Assembly: GCA_000165425.1 (NCBI GenBank)
Contig: CT868263.1
Location: 310,001 to 374,000, forward strand
Reading direction: 5' to 3'
DNA from: Paramecium tetraurelia
Lineage: Eukaryota
DNA length: 64,000 bases
The notes beneath the pieces were generated by a model. The model saw nothing but the letters and a program-made list of their open reading frames with translations, ran no database searches and had not been told where the DNA came from. Of the stretch, positions 53,424 through 64,000 are shown in pieces. Made by a program: the position numbers and the translations under genes. How positions within the stretch are numbered: the stretch's first letter is position 1; the number at the start of each line of letters is the position of its first letter.

Positions 53424-54364
53424 AATTTAAAAATGAATTAGTATTAATCAAATATAGAAGATTATGAATAAATGGGTATTAAAAATAATATTACTCTAAA
53501 TATCAAATCCGAACTAAAGGATAATCAAAAATATCCTTTTGATTGTCTTTGCTGAATGGAAACCAAAATTTATCAAGGTTCTTATTTTAGTTTGTAGAAA
53601 TTTAGATATCACTTTCATTATGAAATAAATTGGGAATAAAAGAAGAGAGTGACTTTTGATCCATAAATTATGCTTTCAATTACAAAATGAACTCGAGAAG
53701 AATGCTTATTAATCTCTTTTGAATAAATCGAAGATAGACTAATTCGAGACCATGAATATTTATAAATCATCTGTAAACATGCAATCTATTATTTCTTAAT
53801 ATCATGTTCTTTATGTAATCGATCATGATTGCTAAATATATGATCATTCTTTGATTATATCGTAGACCTCTTATTAAAAGGAGTTAGAATCATGTGGATG
53901 AATTTATATAACTCAAGTTTATTGGTAATCTTCAACTTATTTAGGATTTCACATTATCATTATTTTAATAAATATTTCTAAATTTTCTTTATTATAAGCT
54001 GTTATTTTTTGATTAGGCAACATTAGAATTTTAGAATTTTGGAATCATAAGAATCGGATTTTTAATCTTCTAATTTAACAAATTTAGACTTATTTTTATT
54101 GTGTTCTTAAATAAAGACAAAAATATTAAATTTTTTATCTGATTTCAGAATTCTATGACCACAAATTAACTCTGAATTTTAAAATTATTTCACACATAAT
54201 ATTTATATATATTTGATGTATATACATAGCTTTAATTATTAATAATTTAATCAAAAAAGATCTTATTATAATTCATTTGTTAGGCAATATGTTTTTTAAT
54301 TATAACATTAGAATTTTTGGTTTTAGAGTCTTTTAAATTCTTGAAAATTCCTAATATAATTATT

Positions 54365-55602
54365 ATGTCAAATTAAGATATCAATGAGCTTCCAACTTTA
54401 AAAGTTAATGTGCCATCATTCCTTTTAAAAACATATGAAATTCTAGAAGTAATAATTTGATTCTACTTTGAGAATTCGTCGCTCTCTCACATCATTGGCT
54501 GGAATCAAGAAGGCAATGCGTTCATCGTATTCAATACCAATGAATTAGCTTCCAAAGTACTCGCCAATTACTTCAAGCACAAAAATTACCCAAGCTTTTT
54601 GAGGTTATATTACTTTTCACAATAGATAGTTGAATATGTATAACTTTAAGAAAACTAAAAACCAATATGGATAGAGCGAATTCAGACATAAGTGGTTTAG
54701 ACGAGGTCTCAAGTATGAAATCTGCGCTATTCCTTTTAATAGAAGTATGCTCCAGTACATTCGTAGAAGAAATTAAGAAGAATCTGAGCAGAAAATGGAA
54801 ACAAAGGACAACAATTAAGAACTTGACAACTATAAAAGAGAACACGAGGAGATGAGGCTATTGGTGAGAGATATTTAAAATACTTAATCAAAAATGCAAG
54901 CTGACTTTGTGGCTTCTGCTGAATCAAATGCCACTGTCAGAAGTTCAAATAACTCAATTCAATAAGTAATGAGAATCATCGATAATTAAAGTGTTTAAAT
55001 CAAATGCAACAACAGTTCAATAAAAAATTTGATACAATATCCATTCTTCTGGCAAAAATAGTTTCAAATCTCCCCCAAATTTGTAACGAATTTCATTAAT
55101 CCTCCCATTATAGCCATTTAGATTGGAGATATTCTCAAAAATTCTTATGAAGAGCCCTCTCCTGGTAGATCCGAATCAAATTACATCGTTCCTTATAACG
55201 AAAACAACCAATACAATACAATGGGGTCACCCTACTCACATTATTAGTATAATAGTCCAATTCATTATCTTTTCGCTAGATAGAATTAATGTAAAAAATA
55301 ATAACTATGCCAAAGAATTCTAAGATTTCTGCTTTTAGTTTGATCCTAATGTTTTTTCATACAATCGCCAACACCAGCAATAATAATTGGCTTTACCTGC
55401 TCCGAATATAAATTCCTATTTACGTAAAATGCAATCTCCAATTTATGATAGCCAGCAACAATTACTCCTTGTAGTCAAGTGCTCAGAATTCCCCCTATAG
55501 AATAGCTAGTCCATCTCATACATCCACAACAGATTCTAAAGATCCAGAAAAAGTAATAACTTAATTAAAACTCAATAGTTTAGTCTCTATTAACCTGCAT
55601 GA
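54365..55602 (+). CDS. HSF-type DNA-binding transcription factor
   Basis: VPSFLLKTYEILE|..IIGW..LANYFKHKNYPSFLR|QLNMYNFKK..FRHKWFRRG; coiled coil; Q/P-rich tail. Confidence 0.92.
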
Positions 55603-55963
55603 AAAATTTTATCGTGTTTCTGAATGTTTAATTATAAATAAATGTGGTTCTTAATATTTAATAAATTAATAATATCCTTTTGTACTCAAAAAGCTATTCT
55701 CAAGTTGAGATTATTCTTAAAGGAATTAAACTTTTTAAATTATAAATTATTATGCCACTAAGTGATTTCTAATAAACATTAACATACCCATAGACAACAA
55801 AGAATTAAATTACTATTACCTACCATAAATATTGGATGAGTTCATAATTTTCATTTAAAATCCTTAATTATATTATTAAAATAGAGAATATCTTTAAAAA
55901 TAGAAATATGAATATATCAGATAAGGGATTATATTATTCATTTGCAAAAATTAAATTAAAAAA

Positions 55964-56566
55964 ATGAATCAAATTTCCCAAAATATCCTTGTTCAAAAAC
56001 TGGTTGACTATAAGTTAAGGTAAATAAGATTGTATGTTAATTTACAGAAAGAACAAAAACAAGAGAAAGTCGAGCCCTTAGTTTTCACCTCCTAAGATGC
56101 CAATTTCTCAGAGATAGACATCATTTCCAAATGGTCATGCATATTCCGTTCATTAAAAATTGAAATCAATTCAAAGTGAAGAGAAAGTATTCATTCCTCA
56201 GGCTATACCACAGTCCCTGATTTGCTTGATCTATTAAGCCAAATGTTCCAAATCATATAATCATATGAACAATAGGCAAGTCATCTCTGGGCCAAGAATC
56301 TAGATATGTTGAAACAAATTAAGATTCCCATCCTTAAAGAAAATGAAGATCTCAAGTAGGCATTAGAAACTTTAAAACAAAATGATATTCAAAATAGTGT
56401 GTATGGCCAATTAAAGGAGTATGACTAAGTTCAAAAGCCAAAGCCTAAGCTCATTGATTTAAAACACATCAATAGAGATTCAAATTTTTAAGAAGAATTC
56501 CTATCAAAAGTAGATGAATTTAGTCTATCCTGGCGACAAGAAGTACAACAGCTTAAATAATTATGA
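55964..56566 (+). CDS. hypothetical protein (exon structure unresolved)
   Basis: 3' frame ending FQEEFLSKVDEFSLSWRQEVQQLKQL-TGA; join to 5' part not established. Confidence 0.5.
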
Positions 56567-56764
56567 AAATATTAGATATCTAATTATATTTACAATATCT
56601 AGAATCCAATATTATTATAATAACTTGACATTTGACCTTCTTATCTTGTTGATATGAGAACACTTGATTTTTAATTAAGTTTTGCTCATAATTTATTTAA
56701 TTAAGAAAACAAAAATAAAATAGCAGTAGATAATGATTATTTGTATGCTCTCTTTATAATTAAC

Positions 56765-57001
56765 TCACATAAATGGTAACCTCTTAATAAAATCCTTGAA
56801 ATCAATATGATATTCTGGAAATTGAGGGATTTAGATGAACATTCCATTCTCAACATATGGATTTCCAATAATTGTGCTGAATTTATTTCCTTATCTCTAT
56901 TTATGACGTGGGTCGGATTTGCATCTCACATACACCTTTTTTCCTTTTCTTTAGAAATAGCAATGCTCACACATCTTTTTCAAAGCACTCTTCACTTTCA
57001 T
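56765..57001 (-). CDS. bL36m: mitochondrial ribosomal protein bL36m with 40-aa C-terminal extension
   Basis: [38 protein letters not shown] (C-x2-C..C..H zinc ribbon), then NKFSTII..RLPFM-TGA; not in the ORF track. Confidence 0.93.
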
Positions 57002-57016
57002 TATTTAATTATATTA

Positions 57017-58743
57017 ATGATAATTTTATTTTCATTGATACCAACATTGATTTGCTTCGATTACAAAGGTATTCTTAATCGAGATCTCCATCATATCAGA
57101 AATGAGTTGATAAATGGCTCTTTAATTGAAGGGAGGTTATCGATAAAAGATGTAGAAAATTTGTTCACAGAACTGGAAAAAACTACTAGTCTTGTTCATT
57201 CTTAGTAGATTGGATAGTCCTATCTCAATAAAACTATTTATTCATATTCATTATGCTCTAATTTTACCCAATAAAAGCCAATGATGCTCATAACTAGTTT
57301 ACATCATTCTAGAGAAGTTGCTAGCCTACAAATGAATATTTATTTGTTTCTCTATATCTTATGGGAAGTAGAACATGAAAAAAATCCATTTTATATAAAT
57401 ATGATTACTCATAATTGCATTCTGTATTTATTTTATCTTAAGTAGGATTGTCCCTTTTGTAAACATTGATGGATACTCTGAAATTGAGGCTGAATTTAAT
57501 AAACGCAATCTACTTCCTAAAACAAGAAAAAATCTAAATCGAACTATTCTTTGTTCTGAAGAAGGTGAATTAGCAGGGGTAGATATAAATAGAAATTATG
57601 GATATCAATTTGCCTATGATAATATTGGTAGTTCTGATGATCCTTGCGATGAGGCCTATAGAGGAAGTGTCGCATTTTCTGAAAAGGAGACTTAAGCCAT
57701 CAAATACGTTGTTGAAAACTATAATGTTAAAATGGCTATGAATCTACATAGCTTTGGAAATAAGTGGCTTTTACCTTACAGTTATGGTAAGGAAGAACTT
57801 GATAAAGATGGAATTCCGTATAAGATTTATGAAGACTTCAAGCAAAATGGGCGATTCTAAGGACATTACAAAATTGGCCATGCTCAAGAATTAATCTAGT
57901 ATACTGCCAATGGAGAAGCTGCTGATTGGATGCTCTCTAAAGGTAAATATAAATTCATAACCTTATAAATTAATTAGGCATTATTGCTATATGTCCGGAA
58001 TTAGGAGAACAAACTTACTCTAATATTTTAGCTAACTTTTTCCCAGATTAAGAAAAAACACTTTAATTATTTCAAACCGAATTTCCTCCTTTAATTGATT
58101 TTATTAATTACTTACCTTTTAAACCAGTTATTAAAAATTTTTATTAATACAGTTAAGATGACGTTTAGAGACTCACTAAGACATTATCTGAAAATTAATA
58201 CCTTGTTGATATTGAATGTGTGAATCAGGGTGTGTCGAGTGGATCTGATCATTATTTTGTTGTTTCTGATACTGTCTAACTTATTGAAGCATATTATATT
58301 GAAATGAAATATGATCGAATATACGACAGAGATAAAATTCAGTTTAATATACTAAATAAAATAGAGTTTGAAAATAACACTATCTCAACTTTTTAGTTCT
58401 CACCAAGAAGCAAAATCATTTACTTTTTAATTCTCTAAGAAATATAAAATGAAAACGAAATGAAGTTTTATTTTGATCTTAATGGAATTGATCATGAAAA
58501 TAGTAAAAAAAATATTAAATGTTAGCCTTTACACTAAAAGATTTTCATTAAATGTAGAACAAATAAAAGATGCACTTTAATTATATATTTTATATAGGCC
58601 TTATGATACTCTTGGCGATGGTTATAGCAATTCTACTCAAGATTGGATTTAGAAAATAAATCATTAAGAAACATTAAAATATCACAGAATTAATTGAATA
58701 AAAGCCTGAATAAATAGAATTACATGTATAAATGATGAAGTGA
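57017..58743 (+). CDS. M14 zinc carboxypeptidase, signal peptide plus C-terminal TM helix
   Basis: MIILFSLIPTLIC; HHSRE, NIDG, RKN, GVDINRNY, YRG..FSEKET, NLHSFG, ANGEAADW, PELG. Confidence 0.9.
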
Positions 58744-58752
58744 ATTTATAAA

Positions 58753-59795
58753 TCAGTAATTTCCTTCTAAAATATATTCGTAAAGTCTATTGATTTTTTA
58801 TTAATTTGTAACTTCCTACTTTCCTTAGGTGTGTGCACGATTTCCCTTTGATGATTTACAGCTTTATTTTGTTTTATGTTTCTCATTGCTTAAGGACCTC
58901 ACTTTTTTATTTTATAACCCTACTTAAAAAAAATTTATTTACTCTCATCTGCATTTACCAAGGAAAAATAACAATGTTTTATTGGTATATACTAGGAATT
59001 AAGATTACTCTGAACTTCTGCTGACTAGTTTTATTTACTAATCTCTTTTTTTTCAGGATGGCAAGCTTACTGTCTACTGACATTGACTTTAAAAAGATCC
59101 TAAGAATTATTTTATTGATGATGAATTTGGGCTTATGTACTCTTTTGGTCTTATTGGTAATCTAATTAGTGCTTTTAAGTTTTCTTAATCAAAGATGAAA
59201 TAGGCATCAATATTGATGGATCCGAGGATCGCTTTTGAATTAAGATATTATGACCCAAAATTAGCTTTGTTTATTTTTATGAATAATTGATAGTAGGATT
59301 TTGGTTCTTTTGAACTACTTTTGTCCCTTTATTTTCAGAATCTCTCAAATTGTATAGTCTATTTTTATATTGTCTTATACCTATCATATACTGATTCTTG
59401 TCTGATTCTCTAACTGTTTGATTCTGGTCTTTCTTGTTGTTTATATTATGAGCTTGTAATATTTTCTTTATCTTTATTCTTTATTACAGTATCCCTCTTG
59501 ATATTTAATTTCATGTCAAAATTATCAATCTTTGGAATGAGAACCTTCATTTAAGTTTTTATTACCTTTTAAGATTAATAGGTTGATAAGGTTGATTATT
59601 TAACTTCGTTAGTTTTGAATTGATGATATTTTTTCATTAGGTCTTGTCTTGATTATTTGATATCATCCCATTTATTAGAATCGTTTACTTGCTGTATAGA
59701 TTCAAAATTTCCTAATGAACTGAAACATTGTTGGGAACTTTATTTCTTGTCATAGAAAATATTTTTACGCTTAAAACACATAACTCTTTTGCCAT
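58753..59795 (-). CDS. hypothetical low-complexity protein
   Basis: Code-6 frame with about 4 short introns; ends RLYEYILEGNY-TGA. Confidence 0.62.
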
Positions 59796-60484
59796 TTATT
59801 CGTTGAAATTAGAAAACAATAATAATATAATTAACAACTAAATATTATTTAATTTTTATTATAGGCTAAAACATTCCAAACCAAATTAAGCCTCCTAAAC
59901 TTTTCATGTTTCACTCAGAATAATCTCTATGAAAAATATCACTAAATATACTTATAAATAATTTTTCTGTTAAATATTTATTTTATTTTGTAATAAATTT
60001 GCTTTAATTTGAAATTTTGATGCATAATATATTGTTTAAGATATTATATGAATTTTTATTAGAATAATTTTACAAATTTAGCCTAGCTCTAAATTATGTA
60101 TAAGATTCATATATTAAATATTTAAATAAAAATATTTGAATTATCTAATGAAAAATTAGATTTATAGGCTAAGCAAAGATATGATAAATGAACTGATTTA
60201 AAGTAGAATTAAAGTAGTTGATAGAATAGAAGTATCTTACAAGTTTAACCTTGCTCTTTAATAAGACTTTTAACATATTGTGAAAAATTAGAATAAAGAA
60301 TGATATATAACATTTAAGCAGAAAAAATGTTGAACAATCATATGTATTAATTTATTTGATACTAAATAATATTGTTGAATATATAGATTAAAATGATAGC
60401 AAAATATATTATCATCATAATTACTTTACTTAATTGTAACTAGTGCTCCTTATTTATTGACAATTTTGATGCAAATTTTTATAA

Positions 60485-61639
60485 TCAAGCATTGTCGAAA
60501 ACAGGCTGGCTGTAAAAAGGGCTGATTAATTCATTTTTTTTATACATCTGCTCTACCTCTTTTTTAGATTTATTTATTAAAACCGATCTAGCACTAGATG
60601 ATGTCTTCAACTAATTTTCAGTTAATATTAATACAGGTATTTATGTTTCAAGATTATTCACAACATTAAATCCCCTATCACTTAAATAAGTATTTAACTA
60701 TCGAGAGGTATCATTGCTGTCATCTTAAACTAAAATTGGATCCTACTTAGCTATTTCTGTCTCTGGAGTTCCAAATAAATTTTATTTTTTCTAAGATTTC
60801 TATAGTTTCATTTAAGCTTTCTGTAGAGCTATATTCTATTGAGTTAGTTTTTCAATCAGTTAATCTTTCTCATATAACTATTTTTAATATTTTTTAATTT
60901 CTGCTTATATGTGTATGATCTTTTTTGAACAAATACAATTTTTCTCGAAATTTGGAAGAGAAGTACCTGAAACCCCTTAAGCTGTTTATGTTTGTTCTGC
61001 TTCATTTAGTAAATAATCAAAAGATAGCCTAGAACTTCCTTTTCTTTCACAACTTAATGGATTGGTCATCAAAGATTCGATTTAATCTTTCAGCTGTTTG
61101 TTGTCAATTTATAATTTAACAATGGTGTCTTTGAGCTAATTTCTATACAACTAATACTTTAACAGCAGCCAATTTCAACTATGTATTTTCATTCTGAAAT
61201 AACGTATTTATTTCTTATAGTTGTTTCATGTCAAATTAGTTAAACTCGTTTTTTTCAACTTAATTTTGTATCTCTTTTTGAAGGTACTTTTTCTCCTCCT
61301 CTACCTTAGTAAAAGCAGTTTTTAGTTCTTCAAACTTTTGTTGCTATTAAAAAAATGCTGTAGCTAACTATTAATAACTAAGTTCCTTTATTTTTATTTG
61401 TTTTTGTAATTCTAATATTTGTTGTTTAAAAGTTTCTGACTGATCAAATATGTGAGAATGAAACATGGGATCTTTAGAATCCTACTTTGTTGTTACTTTC
61501 TTATATTAATAGTCATCATAAACACTAACTAAATTTTAAATTATCATTTACAATTCTGAACAGACCTATTTGGACAAGAATGCTATGGGATAGATTACTT
61601 TTCTATGTTGAAATTAGGTGTGCTGTTTTTTGGATGCAT
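60485..61639 (-). CDS. hypothetical coiled-coil protein
   Basis: MHPKNSTP start; Q/E/K heptads; ends QPVFDNA-TGA. Confidence 0.68.
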
Positions 61640-61908
61640 TATTTCGAAATAATTATTTTATTTAATTGTTAACAAAATATAAGATAAATACATGTATATA
61701 TAAAAGTGTTTATATAAGTATTCAGAATCTTATCTCTTTTTTTCTCTCCTTTAAAAAAATAAAAATTGTATATATTTCTATTAAAAAGATTAATATTTAT
61801 TTAATTCTCTATCTATACAAGAAAATGATAAATATTTTATTACAAAATATATTATATAGAATTAGCGGATAAAGAATACATAATTAATTATTTTGATATT
61901 TATATTAA

Positions 61909-62626
61909 ATGAGTGGAGAATAATAAAATAGAAAGTCTAAAATTGCACCATTAACACTTTAATTTTTTGAGGTCTTAACAAAATTAGAAGAAGGATTTCA
62001 TATCAAAGTACTGGATAAGTCTAAAATCAATACTTTGATATAAAAATATGGTATATCCTGCTTTAATAATGTAGCTCAATTGGTTGAGTATTATGATTTC
62101 TACAAAGACCCCATCAAAAACTATTTCCTCGATAAAATATAATTTGTTCTCTCAAGACCTGATACAATCAAATCCATGGTTTAACAAGACACCATATAAG
62201 AGGAGAATGAATAAGAGAGCTACAATCACTTCTAGGTCCCAAAATAAATGACTGTTTCTAGAGCACCTTCTATAGCCGAATAAATAGATCGCAAGAACGT
62301 GCTTAAAGGACTTGAACTTAATGAAAACCATTAGAAATCGAGAGGATAATAAATGAACTTGACTTTATAAATTTAGATGCTTAAAAAAGAGCAAGAACCT
62401 TCTTTAGATAAATTAATGAATGTAATCATAATTATTAAATTAGGATTATAAATCAGAGACTGAAAAAATGGATCAATATATATAATCAGAAATGAAAATA
62501 TAAACTGATGCTGTTTAACTGAAGTTAGAATAAAGAAAGAAGAAATTAGTGAACTAATAGAACAAATTATTTCGAACTGAAGCCTCTGATGATGAATCAA
62601 CTCCTTAACTTTAACCATTTGAATGA
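61909..62626 (+). CDS. hypothetical protein
   Basis: MSGEQQNRK..AQLVEYYDFYKDPIKNYFLDKIQFVLSRP..PFE-TGA; two introns. Confidence 0.7.
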
Positions 62627-62984
62627 AATATATATATAATTAACAAATTATATACAATTAAATTTATTTTTATTATCTCACTTTAATTAATCTTTAAGTA
62701 AGTGTGAATAGATATTAAGAAATCATTTACATTTAATCTAAAATCTTACTTTTTTATATATTTATTTGATGGTTTGTTAATAGAAAGATTTTTGTTTAAA
62801 GATATAAAAAAAACTATAAGATAGTATAATTCAAAATTAATTTAATGTCATAGTTTTACTCTAAACTTGATAATTATTTAGTTTTTCTACTGAAAACAAA
62901 TAAAAAGAATTTAGAAAAAGGGGAAAATCAATGTGCATCTTTAGAATATAGGATAAAATATTATTCATGTAAAAAATAAATTAA

Positions 62985-64000
62985 TCATTTCAACTTGTTT
63001 ATCTCAAAAAATTAATTTACAGAACAAGCATCCTCTTGCAACTAATCTAATATAGGTTCTTATTATCTCATTGTTATTGATAATAAATGTGAATCTTCAT
63101 CATTCAAAGTAAGATGATTCATTCCTAATTTATTAGAAAGATAAGAATAGATGCCCTGAATCAAAATAATTTTCGTTGACTTATGGTAATAACAGTTTTA
63201 TCCCTACTGAATGAGATTTCTTTAGATCTGATCTTCAAATTAGATGATCGAATAATGAAATACATTCTTGATATTTCATATAACATATTTAAATAACTTA
63301 ATTTGACTTCCATCTAATTCCTTATTTTTTTATAAAACCGTTTGTATTCTTTTATATCTAACTCTTTTTCTTTCAAAGTAATCTTTGTTATTTTCTATTT
63401 CCAATTTTTAATTATTGAAATATTCTTAAATTCTGGGTAATAAAATGATATCACTTCTTTTAGTATTTTTTGTTTAAGTTAATACCCATTAATTAAAATA
63501 ATTGCATGTTTTATCATGAAAAGAACTGATACAATAGATCCTATATTAGCTAATAGATCACCAGCAGTGGGATATTGAAAAATTGTTTTTGTTTAACTTC
63601 CTTTCATCAATATATAAAATAATGTTAAAACTTCATCACCATAAGTTTGTCTACAATATTCTATCGTATTAGTTTAAGATTGTATCGAAGATCCTACAAT
63701 ATATTCAACTTACTTAGGATTCCCAAATAAAAAAGCATCTTGAACTTCGTATAAATTACTTGATAAAAAAGTGCTTAAAGTGTAACAGTATTTCATTTCA
63801 ATCTATGCATAAAACTCTTATAAACTTGTCTATTCGGATCCATCCTTTGAATCTAAAGTTTTATAGTGAACTTACATCACTACAGTATTTAAAGCCTACT
63901 TAAAAAATTCATCAACTAATTCTTAAGAGGCGCATTTTTCATTTGGCTAAAGATATTTCTCAGAACATAAAACTATTTAAATATACATTTCTGATGTTGT
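62985..64000 (-). CDS. 3' part of two-pass TM protein related to 43657-45081 (5' end outside window)
   Basis: PTAGDLLANIGSIVSVLFMIKH; YYPEF; KLNYLNMLYEISRM matches KLRLINIIYELSRI. Confidence 0.78.

Noticed and set aside
52595..55323. Track ORFs at 52595, 52975, 54573, 54667, 54736 and 55123
   Set aside because: Alternative-frame or antisense shadows of CBS and HSF
56807..57016. 70-aa N-terminal extension of the carboxypeptidase ORF
   Set aside because: Antisense to bL36m; the signal peptide starts at 57017
60148..60303. 51-aa plus-strand ORF in an intergenic gap
   Set aside because: Short, no motif, and open frames arise easily with a single stop codon
1..64000. Operon-like functional cluster, mobile element or telomeric repeats
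   Set aside because: Neighbouring genes are functionally unrelated; no transposase or RT motif, terminal repeats or C4A2/C3A3 arrays seen

Overview
AT-rich, gene-dense eukaryotic DNA that reads as a ciliate macronuclear chromosome, Paramecium-like. TAA/TAG behave as Gln, TGA is the only stop, introns are about 22-30 nt GT..AG, and many intergenic spacers are under 60 nt. The supplied ORF track uses the standard code, so it fragments most genes and misses some (bL36m, RPAC1, acid phosphatase, tepsin-like, HSF). Retranslating by eye with code 6 gives about 36 protein genes plus one tRNA-Asn. They include a Nudix hydrolase, four kinases, RPAC1, a LYR protein, RRP42, PI synthase, a histidine acid phosphatase, a large secreted Pro/Glu-repeat protein, a SOS1-like Na+/H+ exchanger, MORN, a possible mS23, a tepsin-like protein, an MFS transporter, TMEM184, CacyBP, a Cys-rich secreted protein, a CNBD K+ channel, p24, Lon, WD40, CBS, HSF, bL36m and an M14 carboxypeptidase. 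I see no mobile element, CRISPR array or multi-gene novel system. The notable points are single-gene or architectural: an ENTH-less tepsin, a 15-nt head-to-head gene pair, a full Fe-S motif in RPAC1, heme ligands in CBS, active-site substitutions, and clustered frameshifts that are probably sequencing errors. All family calls come from motif recognition, not database searches, and CDS spans include introns.
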